A stretch of 58,348 nt of DNA from Chiloscyllium plagiosum (taxonomy: Eukaryota), in assembly GCF_004010195.1 (NCBI RefSeq), contig NW_025215008.1:1-58348 (forward strand). The letters run 5' to 3'. Positions 12,701 through 24,700 of this stretch are shown piece by piece. Below the pieces are notes generated by a model. The model saw only the letters and a list, made by a program, of their open reading frames with translations, had not been told where the DNA came from and ran no database searches. The translations under genes were made by a program, and so were the position numbers. Every line of letters starts with the position of its first letter. Within the stretch, counting starts at the first letter, position 1.

Positions 12701-15700
12701 CGCGAGGGTGAGAGAGAGCGCGCGAGGGTGAGAGAGAGCGCGCGAGGGTGAGAGAGAGCGCGCGAGGGTGAGAGAGAGCGCGCGAGGGTGAGAGAGAGCG
12801 CGCGAGGGTGAGAGAGAGCGCGCGAGGGTGAGAGAGAGCGCGCGAGGGTGAGAGAGAGCGCGCGAGGGTGAGAGAGAGCGCGCGAGGGTGAGAGAGAGCG
12901 CGCGAGGGTGAGAGAGAGCGCGCGAGGGTGAGAGAGAGCGCGCGAGGGTGAGAGAGAGCGCGCGAGGGTGAGAGAGAGCGCGCGAGGGTGAGAGAGAGCG
13001 CGCGAGGGTGAGAGAGAGCGCGCGAGGGTGAGAGAGAGCGCGCGAGGGTGAGAGAGAGCGCGCGAGGGTGAGAGAGAGCGCGCGAGGGTGAGAGAGAGCG
13101 CGCGAGGGTGAGAGAGAGCGCGCGAGGGTGAGAGAGAGCGCGCGAGGGTGAGAGAGAGCGCGCGAGGGTGAGAGAGAGCGCGCGAGGGTGAGAGAGAGCG
13201 CGCGAGGGTGAGAGAGAGCGCGCGAGGGTGAGAGAGAGCGCGCGAGGGTGAGAGAGAGCGCGCGAGGGTGAGAGAGAGCGCGCGAGGGTGAGAGAGAGCG
13301 CGCGAGGGTGAGAGAGAGCGCGCGAGGGTGAGAGAGAGCGCGCGAGGGTGAGAGAGAGCGCGCGAGGGTGAGAGAGAGCGCGCGAGGGTGAGAGAGAGCG
13401 CGCGAGGGTGAGAGAGAGCGCGCGAGGGTGAGAGAGAGCGCGCGAGGGTGAGAGAGAGCGCGCGAGGGTGAGAGAGAGCGCGCGAGGGTGAGAGAGAGCG
13501 CGCGAGGGTGAGAGAGAGCGCGCGAGGGTGAGAGAGAGCGCGCGAGGGTGAGAGAGAGCGCGCGAGGGTGAGAGAGAGCGCGCGAGGGTGAGAGAGAGCG
13601 CGCGAGGGTGAGAGAGAGCGCGCGAGGGTGAGAGAGAGCGCGCGAGGGTGAGAGAGAGCGCGCGAGGGTGAGAGAGAGCGCGCGAGGGTGAGAGAGAGCG
13701 CGCGAGGGTGAGAGAGAGCGCGCGAGGGTGAGAGAGAGCGCGCGAGGGTGAGAGAGAGCGCGCGAGGGTGAGAGAGAGCGCGCGAGGGTGAGAGAGAGCG
13801 CGCGAGGGTGAGAGAGAGCGCGCGAGGGTGAGAGAGAGCGCGCGAGGGTGAGAGAGAGCGCGCGAGGGTGAGAGAGAGCGCGCGAGGGTGAGAGAGAGCG
13901 CGCGAGGGTGAGAGAGAGCGCGCGAGGGTGAGAGAGAGCGCGCGAGGGTGAGAGAGAGCGCGCGAGGGTGAGAGAGAGCGCGCGAGGGTGAGAGAGAGCG
14001 CGCGAGGGTGAGAGAGAGCGCGCGAGGGTGAGAGAGAGCGCGCGAGGGTGAGAGAGAGCGCGCGAGGGTGAGAGAGAGCGCGCGAGGGTGAGAGAGAGCG
14101 CGCGAGGGTGAGAGAGAGCGCGCGAGGGTGAGAGAGAGCGCGCGAGGGTGAGAGAGAGCGCGCGAGGGTGAGAGAGAGCGCGCGAGGGTGAGAGAGAGCG
14201 CGCGAGGGTGAGAGAGAGCGCGCGAGGGTGAGAGAGAGCGCGCGAGGGTGAGAGAGAGCGCGCGAGGGTGAGAGAGAGCGCGCGAGGGTGAGAGAGAGCG
14301 CGCGAGGGTGAGAGAGAGCGCGCGAGGGTGAGAGAGAGCGCGCGAGGGTGAGAGAGAGCGCGCGAGGGTGAGAGAGAGCGCGCGAGGGTGAGAGAGAGCG
14401 CGCGAGGGTGAGAGAGAGCGCGCGAGGGTGAGAGAGAGCGCGCGAGGGTGAGAGAGAGCGCGCGAGGGTGAGAGAGAGCGCGCGAGGGTGAGAGAGAGCG
14501 CGCGAGGGTGAGAGAGAGCGCGCGAGGGTGAGAGAGAGCGCGCGAGGGTGAGAGAGAGCGCGCGAGGGTGAGAGAGAGCGCGCGAGGGTGAGAGAGAGCG
14601 CGCGAGGGTGAGAGAGAGCGCGCGAGGGTGAGAGAGAGCGCGCGAGGGTGAGAGAGAGCGCGCGAGGGTGAGAGAGAGCGCGCGAGGGTGAGAGAGAGCG
14701 CGCGAGGGTGAGAGAGAGCGCGCGAGGGTGAGAGAGAGCGCGCGAGGGTGAGAGAGAGCGCGCGAGGGTGAGAGAGAGCGCGCGAGGGTGAGAGAGAGCG
14801 CGCGAGGGTGAGAGAGAGCGCGCGAGGGTGAGAGAGAGCGCGCGAGGGTGAGAGAGAGCGCGCGAGGGTGAGAGAGAGCGCGCGAGGGTGAGAGAGAGCG
14901 CGCGAGGGTGAGAGAGAGCGCGCGAGGGTGAGAGAGAGCGCGCGAGGGTGAGAGAGAGCGCGCGAGGGTGAGAGAGAGCGCGCGAGGGTGAGAGAGAGCG
15001 CGCGAGGGTGAGAGAGAGCGCGCGAGGGTGAGAGAGAGCGCGCGAGGGTGAGAGAGAGCGCGCGAGGGTGAGAGAGAGCGCGCGAGGGTGAGAGAGAGCG
15101 CGCGAGGGTGAGAGAGAGCGCGCGAGGGTGAGAGAGAGCGCGCGAGGGTGAGAGAGAGCGCGCGAGGGTGAGAGAGAGCGCGCGAGGGTGAGAGAGAGCG
15201 CGCGAGGGTGAGAGAGAGCGCGCGAGGGTGAGAGAGAGCGCGCGAGGGTGAGAGAGAGCGCGCGAGGGTGAGAGAGAGCGCGCGAGGGTGAGAGAGAGCG
15301 CGCGAGGGTGAGAGAGAGCGCGCGAGGGTGAGAGAGAGCGCGCGAGGGTGAGAGAGAGCGCGCGAGGGTGAGAGAGAGCGCGCGAGGGTGAGAGAGAGCG
15401 CGCGAGGGTGAGAGAGAGCGCGCGAGGGTGAGAGAGAGCGCGCGAGGGTGAGAGAGAGCGCGCGAGGGTGAGAGAGAGCGCGCGAGGGTGAGAGAGAGCG
15501 CGCGAGGGTGAGAGAGAGCGCGCGAGGGTGAGAGAGAGCGCGCGAGGGTGAGAGAGAGCGCGCGAGGGTGAGAGAGAGCGCGCGAGGGTGAGAGAGAGCG
15601 CGCGAGGGTGAGAGAGAGCGCGCGAGGGTGAGAGAGAGCGCGCGAGGGTGAGAGAGAGCGCGCGAGGGTGAGAGAGAGCGCGCGAGGGTGAGAGAGAGCG

Positions 15701-18700
15701 CGCGAGGGTGAGAGAGAGCGCGCGAGGGTGAGAGAGAGCGCGCGAGGGTGAGAGAGAGCGCGCGAGGGTGAGAGAGAGCGCGCGAGGGTGAGAGAGAGCG
15801 CGCGAGGGTGAGAGAGAGCGCGCGAGGGTGAGAGAGAGCGCGCGAGGGTGAGAGAGAGCGCGCGAGGGTGAGAGAGAGCGCGCGAGGGTGAGAGAGAGCG
15901 CGCGAGGGTGAGAGAGAGCGCGCGAGGGTGAGAGAGAGCGCGCGAGGGTGAGAGAGAGCGCGCGAGGGTGAGAGAGAGCGCGCGAGGGTGAGAGAGAGCG
16001 CGCGAGGGTGAGAGAGAGCGCGCGAGGGTGAGAGAGAGCGCGCGAGGGTGAGAGAGAGCGCGCGAGGGTGAGAGAGAGCGCGCGAGGGTGAGAGAGAGCG
16101 CGCGAGGGTGAGAGAGAGCGCGCGAGGGTGAGAGAGAGCGCGCGAGGGTGAGAGAGAGCGCGCGAGGGTGAGAGAGAGCGCGCGAGGGTGAGAGAGAGCG
16201 CGCGAGGGTGAGAGAGAGCGCGCGAGGGTGAGAGAGAGCGCGCGAGGGTGAGAGAGAGCGCGCGAGGGTGAGAGAGAGCGCGCGAGGGTGAGAGAGAGCG
16301 CGCGAGGGTGAGAGAGAGCGCGCGAGGGTGAGAGAGAGCGCGCGAGGGTGAGAGAGAGCGCGCGAGGGTGAGAGAGAGCGCGCGAGGGTGAGAGAGAGCG
16401 CGCGAGGGTGAGAGAGAGCGCGCGAGGGTGAGAGAGAGCGCGCGAGGGTGAGAGAGAGCGCGCGAGGGTGAGAGAGAGCGCGCGAGGGTGAGAGAGAGCG
16501 CGCGAGGGTGAGAGAGAGCGCGCGAGGGTGAGAGAGAGCGCGCGAGGGTGAGAGAGAGCGCGCGAGGGTGAGAGAGAGCGCGCGAGGGTGAGAGAGAGCG
16601 CGCGAGGGTGAGAGAGAGCGCGCGAGGGTGAGAGAGAGCGCGCGAGGGTGAGAGAGAGCGCGCGAGGGTGAGAGAGAGCGCGCGAGGGTGAGAGAGAGCG
16701 CGCGAGGGTGAGAGAGAGCGCGCGAGGGTGAGAGAGAGCGCGCGAGGGTGAGAGAGAGCGCGCGAGGGTGAGAGAGAGCGCGCGAGGGTGAGAGAGAGCG
16801 CGCGAGGGTGAGAGAGAGCGCGCGAGGGTGAGAGAGAGCGCGCGAGGGTGAGAGAGAGCGCGCGAGGGTGAGAGAGAGCGCGCGAGGGTGAGAGAGAGCG
16901 CGCGAGGGTGAGAGAGAGCGCGCGAGGGTGAGAGAGAGCGCGCGAGGGTGAGAGAGAGCGCGCGAGGGTGAGAGAGAGCGCGCGAGGGTGAGAGAGAGCG
17001 CGCGAGGGTGAGAGAGAGCGCGCGAGGGTGAGAGAGAGCGCGCGAGGGTGAGAGAGAGCGCGCGAGGGTGAGAGAGAGCGCGCGAGGGTGAGAGAGAGCG
17101 CGCGAGGGTGAGAGAGAGCGCGCGAGGGTGAGAGAGAGCGCGCGAGGGTGAGAGAGAGCGCGCGAGGGTGAGAGAGAGCGCGCGAGGGTGAGAGAGAGCG
17201 CGCGAGGGTGAGAGAGAGCGCGCGAGGGTGAGAGAGAGCGCGCGAGGGTGAGAGAGAGCGCGCGAGGGTGAGAGAGAGCGCGCGAGGGTGAGAGAGAGCG
17301 CGCGAGGGTGAGAGAGAGCGCGCGAGGGTGAGAGAGAGCGCGCGAGGGTGAGAGAGAGCGCGCGAGGGTGAGAGAGAGCGCGCGAGGGTGAGAGAGAGCG
17401 CGCGAGGGTGAGAGAGAGCGCGCGAGGGTGAGAGAGAGCGCGCGAGGGTGAGAGAGAGCGCGCGAGGGTGAGAGAGAGCGCGCGAGGGTGAGAGAGAGCG
17501 CGCGAGGGTGAGAGAGAGCGCGCGAGGGTGAGAGAGAGCGCGCGAGGGTGAGAGAGAGCGCGCGAGGGTGAGAGAGAGCGCGCGAGGGTGAGAGAGAGCG
17601 CGCGAGGGTGAGAGAGAGCGCGCGAGGGTGAGAGAGAGCGCGCGAGGGTGAGAGAGAGCGCGCGAGGGTGAGAGAGAGCGCGCGAGGGTGAGAGAGAGCG
17701 CGCGAGGGTGAGAGAGAGCGCGCGAGGGTGAGAGAGAGCGCGCGAGGGTGAGAGAGAGCGCGCGAGGGTGAGAGAGAGCGCGCGAGGGTGAGAGAGAGCG
17801 CGCGAGGGTGAGAGAGAGCGCGCGAGGGTGAGAGAGAGCGCGCGAGGGTGAGAGAGAGCGCGCGAGGGTGAGAGAGAGCGCGCGAGGGTGAGAGAGAGCG
17901 CGCGAGGGTGAGAGAGAGCGCGCGAGGGTGAGAGAGAGCGCGCGAGGGTGAGAGAGAGCGCGCGAGGGTGAGAGAGAGCGCGCGAGGGTGAGAGAGAGCG
18001 CGCGAGGGTGAGAGAGAGCGCGCGAGGGTGAGAGAGAGCGCGCGAGGGTGAGAGAGAGCGCGCGAGGGTGAGAGAGAGCGCGCGAGGGTGAGAGAGAGCG
18101 CGCGAGGGTGAGAGAGAGCGCGCGAGGGTGAGAGAGAGCGCGCGAGGGTGAGAGAGAGCGCGCGAGGGTGAGAGAGAGCGCGCGAGGGTGAGAGAGAGCG
18201 CGCGAGGGTGAGAGAGAGCGCGCGAGGGTGAGAGAGAGCGCGCGAGGGTGAGAGAGAGCGCGCGAGGGTGAGAGAGAGCGCGCGAGGGTGAGAGAGAGCG
18301 CGCGAGGGTGAGAGAGAGCGCGCGAGGGTGAGAGAGAGCGCGCGAGGGTGAGAGAGAGCGCGCGAGGGTGAGAGAGAGCGCGCGAGGGTGAGAGAGAGCG
18401 CGCGAGGGTGAGAGAGAGCGCGCGAGGGTGAGAGAGAGCGCGCGAGGGTGAGAGAGAGCGCGCGAGGGTGAGAGAGAGCGCGCGAGGGTGAGAGAGAGCG
18501 CGCGAGGGTGAGAGAGAGCGCGCGAGGGTGAGAGAGAGCGCGCGAGGGTGAGAGAGAGCGCGCGAGGGTGAGAGAGAGCGCGCGAGGGTGAGAGAGAGCG
18601 CGCGAGGGTGAGAGAGAGCGCGCGAGGGTGAGAGAGAGCGCGCGAGGGTGAGAGAGAGCGCGCGAGGGTGAGAGAGAGCGCGCGAGGGTGAGAGAGAGCG

Positions 18701-21700
18701 CGCGAGGGTGAGAGAGAGCGCGCGAGGGTGAGAGAGAGCGCGCGAGGGTGAGAGAGAGCGCGCGAGGGTGAGAGAGAGCGCGCGAGGGTGAGAGAGAGCG
18801 CGCGAGGGTGAGAGAGAGCGCGCGAGGGTGAGAGAGAGCGCGCGAGGGTGAGAGAGAGCGCGCGAGGGTGAGAGAGAGCGCGCGAGGGTGAGAGAGAGCG
18901 CGCGAGGGTGAGAGAGAGCGCGCGAGGGTGAGAGAGAGCGCGCGAGGGTGAGAGAGAGCGCGCGAGGGTGAGAGAGAGCGCGCGAGGGTGAGAGAGAGCG
19001 CGCGAGGGTGAGAGAGAGCGCGCGAGGGTGAGAGAGAGCGCGCGAGGGTGAGAGAGAGCGCGCGAGGGTGAGAGAGAGCGCGCGAGGGTGAGAGAGAGCG
19101 CGCGAGGGTGAGAGAGAGCGCGCGAGGGTGAGAGAGAGCGCGCGAGGGTGAGAGAGAGCGCGCGAGGGTGAGAGAGAGCGCGCGAGGGTGAGAGAGAGCG
19201 CGCGAGGGTGAGAGAGAGCGCGCGAGGGTGAGAGAGAGCGCGCGAGGGTGAGAGAGAGCGCGCGAGGGTGAGAGAGAGCGCGCGAGGGTGAGAGAGAGCG
19301 CGCGAGGGTGAGAGAGAGCGCGCGAGGGTGAGAGAGAGCGCGCGAGGGTGAGAGAGAGCGCGCGAGGGTGAGAGAGAGCGCGCGAGGGTGAGAGAGAGCG
19401 CGCGAGGGTGAGAGAGAGCGCGCGAGGGTGAGAGAGAGCGCGCGAGGGTGAGAGAGAGCGCGCGAGGGTGAGAGAGAGCGCGCGAGGGTGAGAGAGAGCG
19501 CGCGAGGGTGAGAGAGAGCGCGCGAGGGTGAGAGAGAGCGCGCGAGGGTGAGAGAGAGCGCGCGAGGGTGAGAGAGAGCGCGCGAGGGTGAGAGAGAGCG
19601 CGCGAGGGTGAGAGAGAGCGCGCGAGGGTGAGAGAGAGCGCGCGAGGGTGAGAGAGAGCGCGCGAGGGTGAGAGAGAGCGCGCGAGGGTGAGAGAGAGCG
19701 CGCGAGGGTGAGAGAGAGCGCGCGAGGGTGAGAGAGAGCGCGCGAGGGTGAGAGAGAGCGCGCGAGGGTGAGAGAGAGCGCGCGAGGGTGAGAGAGAGCG
19801 CGCGAGGGTGAGAGAGAGCGCGCGAGGGTGAGAGAGAGCGCGCGAGGGTGAGAGAGAGCGCGCGAGGGTGAGAGAGAGCGCGCGAGGGTGAGAGAGAGCG
19901 CGCGAGGGTGAGAGAGAGCGCGCGAGGGTGAGAGAGAGCGCGCGAGGGTGAGAGAGAGCGCGCGAGGGTGAGAGAGAGCGCGCGAGGGTGAGAGAGAGCG
20001 CGCGAGGGTGAGAGAGAGCGCGCGAGGGTGAGAGAGAGCGCGCGAGGGTGAGAGAGAGCGCGCGAGGGTGAGAGAGAGCGCGCGAGGGTGAGAGAGAGCG
20101 CGCGAGGGTGAGAGAGAGCGCGCGAGGGTGAGAGAGAGCGCGCGAGGGTGAGAGAGAGCGCGCGAGGGTGAGAGAGAGCGCGCGAGGGTGAGAGAGAGCG
20201 CGCGAGGGTGAGAGAGAGCGCGCGAGGGTGAGAGAGAGCGCGCGAGGGTGAGAGAGAGCGCGCGAGGGTGAGAGAGAGCGCGCGAGGGTGAGAGAGAGCG
20301 CGCGAGGGTGAGAGAGAGCGCGCGAGGGTGAGAGAGAGCGCGCGAGGGTGAGAGAGAGCGCGCGAGGGTGAGAGAGAGCGCGCGAGGGTGAGAGAGAGCG
20401 CGCGAGGGTGAGAGAGAGCGCGCGAGGGTGAGAGAGAGCGCGCGAGGGTGAGAGAGAGCGCGCGAGGGTGAGAGAGAGCGCGCGAGGGTGAGAGAGAGCG
20501 CGCGAGGGTGAGAGAGAGCGCGCGAGGGTGAGAGAGAGCGCGCGAGGGTGAGAGAGAGCGCGCGAGGGTGAGAGAGAGCGCGCGAGGGTGAGAGAGAGCG
20601 CGCGAGGGTGAGAGAGAGCGCGCGAGGGTGAGAGAGAGCGCGCGAGGGTGAGAGAGAGCGCGCGAGGGTGAGAGAGAGCGCGCGAGGGTGAGAGAGAGCG
20701 CGCGAGGGTGAGAGAGAGCGCGCGAGGGTGAGAGAGAGCGCGCGAGGGTGAGAGAGAGCGCGCGAGGGTGAGAGAGAGCGCGCGAGGGTGAGAGAGAGCG
20801 CGCGAGGGTGAGAGAGAGCGCGCGAGGGTGAGAGAGAGCGCGCGAGGGTGAGAGAGAGCGCGCGAGGGTGAGAGAGAGCGCGCGAGGGTGAGAGAGAGCG
20901 CGCGAGGGTGAGAGAGAGCGCGCGAGGGTGAGAGAGAGCGCGCGAGGGTGAGAGAGAGCGCGCGAGGGTGAGAGAGAGCGCGCGAGGGTGAGAGAGAGCG
21001 CGCGAGGGTGAGAGAGAGCGCGCGAGGGTGAGAGAGAGCGCGCGAGGGTGAGAGAGAGCGCGCGAGGGTGAGAGAGAGCGCGCGAGGGTGAGAGAGAGCG
21101 CGCGAGGGTGAGAGAGAGCGCGCGAGGGTGAGAGAGAGCGCGCGAGGGTGAGAGAGAGCGCGCGAGGGTGAGAGAGAGCGCGCGAGGGTGAGAGAGAGCG
21201 CGCGAGGGTGAGAGAGAGCGCGCGAGGGTGAGAGAGAGCGCGCGAGGGTGAGAGAGAGCGCGCGAGGGTGAGAGAGAGCGCGCGAGGGTGAGAGAGAGCG
21301 CGCGAGGGTGAGAGAGAGCGCGCGAGGGTGAGAGAGAGCGCGCGAGGGTGAGAGAGAGCGCGCGAGGGTGAGAGAGAGCGCGCGAGGGTGAGAGAGAGCG
21401 CGCGAGGGTGAGAGAGAGCGCGCGAGGGTGAGAGAGAGCGCGCGAGGGTGAGAGAGAGCGCGCGAGGGTGAGAGAGAGCGCGCGAGGGTGAGAGAGAGCG
21501 CGCGAGGGTGAGAGAGAGCGCGCGAGGGTGAGAGAGAGCGCGCGAGGGTGAGAGAGAGCGCGCGAGGGTGAGAGAGAGCGCGCGAGGGTGAGAGAGAGCG
21601 CGCGAGGGTGAGAGAGAGCGCGCGAGGGTGAGAGAGAGCGCGCGAGGGTGAGAGAGAGCGCGCGAGGGTGAGAGAGAGCGCGCGAGGGTGAGAGAGAGCG

Positions 21701-24700
21701 CGCGAGGGTGAGAGAGAGCGCGCGAGGGTGAGAGAGAGCGCGCGAGGGTGAGAGAGAGCGCGCGAGGGTGAGAGAGAGCGCGCGAGGGTGAGAGAGAGCG
21801 CGCGAGGGTGAGAGAGAGCGCGCGAGGGTGAGAGAGAGCGCGCGAGGGTGAGAGAGAGCGCGCGAGGGTGAGAGAGAGCGCGCGAGGGTGAGAGAGAGCG
21901 CGCGAGGGTGAGAGAGAGCGCGCGAGGGTGAGAGAGAGCGCGCGAGGGTGAGAGAGAGCGCGCGAGGGTGAGAGAGAGCGCGCGAGGGTGAGAGAGAGCG
22001 CGCGAGGGTGAGAGAGAGCGCGCGAGGGTGAGAGAGAGCGCGCGAGGGTGAGAGAGAGCGCGCGAGGGTGAGAGAGAGCGCGCGAGGGTGAGAGAGAGCG
22101 CGCGAGGGTGAGAGAGAGCGCGCGAGGGTGAGAGAGAGCGCGCGAGGGTGAGAGAGAGCGCGCGAGGGTGAGAGAGAGCGCGCGAGGGTGAGAGAGAGCG
22201 CGCGAGGGTGAGAGAGAGCGCGCGAGGGTGAGAGAGAGCGCGCGAGGGTGAGAGAGAGCGCGCGAGGGTGAGAGAGAGCGCGCGAGGGTGAGAGAGAGCG
22301 CGCGAGGGTGAGAGAGAGCGCGCGAGGGTGAGAGAGAGCGCGCGAGGGTGAGAGAGAGCGCGCGAGGGTGAGAGAGAGCGCGCGAGGGTGAGAGAGAGCG
22401 CGCGAGGGTGAGAGAGAGCGCGCGAGGGTGAGAGAGAGCGCGCGAGGGTGAGAGAGAGCGCGCGAGGGTGAGAGAGAGCGCGCGAGGGTGAGAGAGAGCG
22501 CGCGAGGGTGAGAGAGAGCGCGCGAGGGTGAGAGAGAGCGCGCGAGGGTGAGAGAGAGCGCGCGAGGGTGAGAGAGAGCGCGCGAGGGTGAGAGAGAGCG
22601 CGCGAGGGTGAGAGAGAGCGCGCGAGGGTGAGAGAGAGCGCGCGAGGGTGAGAGAGAGCGCGCGAGGGTGAGAGAGAGCGCGCGAGGGTGAGAGAGAGCG
22701 CGCGAGGGTGAGAGAGAGCGCGCGAGGGTGAGAGAGAGCGCGCGAGGGTGAGAGAGAGCGCGCGAGGGTGAGAGAGAGCGCGCGAGGGTGAGAGAGAGCG
22801 CGCGAGGGTGAGAGAGAGCGCGCGAGGGTGAGAGAGAGCGCGCGAGGGTGAGAGAGAGCGCGCGAGGGTGAGAGAGAGCGCGCGAGGGTGAGAGAGAGCG
22901 CGCGAGGGTGAGAGAGAGCGCGCGAGGGTGAGAGAGAGCGCGCGAGGGTGAGAGAGAGCGCGCGAGGGTGAGAGAGAGCGCGCGAGGGTGAGAGAGAGCG
23001 CGCGAGGGTGAGAGAGAGCGCGCGAGGGTGAGAGAGAGCGCGCGAGGGTGAGAGAGAGCGCGCGAGGGTGAGAGAGAGCGCGCGAGGGTGAGAGAGAGCG
23101 CGCGAGGGTGAGAGAGAGCGCGCGAGGGTGAGAGAGAGCGCGCGAGGGTGAGAGAGAGCGCGCGAGGGTGAGAGAGAGCGCGCGAGGGTGAGAGAGAGCG
23201 CGCGAGGGTGAGAGAGAGCGCGCGAGGGTGAGAGAGAGCGCGCGAGGGTGAGAGAGAGCGCGCGAGGGTGAGAGAGAGCGCGCGAGGGTGAGAGAGAGCG
23301 CGCGAGGGTGAGAGAGAGCGCGCGAGGGTGAGAGAGAGCGCGCGAGGGTGAGAGAGAGCGCGCGAGGGTGAGAGAGAGCGCGCGAGGGTGAGAGAGAGCG
23401 CGCGAGGGTGAGAGAGAGCGCGCGAGGGTGAGAGAGAGCGCGCGAGGGTGAGAGAGAGCGCGCGAGGGTGAGAGAGAGCGCGCGAGGGTGAGAGAGAGCG
23501 CGCGAGGGTGAGAGAGAGCGCGCGAGGGTGAGAGAGAGCGCGCGAGGGTGAGAGAGAGCGCGCGAGGGTGAGAGAGAGCGCGCGAGGGTGAGAGAGAGCG
23601 CGCGAGGGTGAGAGAGAGCGCGCGAGGGTGAGAGAGAGCGCGCGAGGGTGAGAGAGAGCGCGCGAGGGTGAGAGAGAGCGCGCGAGGGTGAGAGAGAGCG
23701 CGCGAGGGTGAGAGAGAGCGCGCGAGGGTGAGAGAGAGCGCGCGAGGGTGAGAGAGAGCGCGCGAGGGTGAGAGAGAGCGCGCGAGGGTGAGAGAGAGCG
23801 CGCGAGGGTGAGAGAGAGCGCGCGAGGGTGAGAGAGAGCGCGCGAGGGTGAGAGAGAGCGCGCGAGGGTGAGAGAGAGCGCGCGAGGGTGAGAGAGAGCG
23901 CGCGAGGGTGAGAGAGAGCGCGCGAGGGTGAGAGAGAGCGCGCGAGGGTGAGAGAGAGCGCGCGAGGGTGAGAGAGAGCGCGCGAGGGTGAGAGAGAGCG
24001 CGCGAGGGTGAGAGAGAGCGCGCGAGGGTGAGAGAGAGCGCGCGAGGGTGAGAGAGAGCGCGCGAGGGTGAGAGAGAGCGCGCGAGGGTGAGAGAGAGCG
24101 CGCGAGGGTGAGAGAGAGCGCGCGAGGGTGAGAGAGAGCGCGCGAGGGTGAGAGAGAGCGCGCGAGGGTGAGAGAGAGCGCGCGAGGGTGAGAGAGAGCG
24201 CGCGAGGGTGAGAGAGAGCGCGCGAGGGTGAGAGAGAGCGCGCGAGGGTGAGAGAGAGCGCGCGAGGGTGAGAGAGAGCGCGCGAGGGTGAGAGAGAGCG
24301 CGCGAGGGTGAGAGAGAGCGCGCGAGGGTGAGAGAGAGCGCGCGAGGGTGAGAGAGAGCGCGCGAGGGTGAGAGAGAGCGCGCGAGGGTGAGAGAGAGCG
24401 CGCGAGGGTGAGAGAGAGCGCGCGAGGGTGAGAGAGAGCGCGCGAGGGTGAGAGAGAGCGCGCGAGGGTGAGAGAGAGCGCGCGAGGGTGAGAGAGAGCG
24501 CGCGAGGGTGAGAGAGAGCGCGCGAGGGTGAGAGAGAGCGCGCGAGGGTGAGAGAGAGCGCGCGAGGGTGAGAGAGAGCGCGCGAGGGTGAGAGAGAGCG
24601 CGCGAGGGTGAGAGAGAGCGCGCGAGGGTGAGAGAGAGCGCGCGAGGGTGAGAGAGAGCGCGCGAGGGTGAGAGAGAGCGCGCGAGGGTGAGAGAGAGCG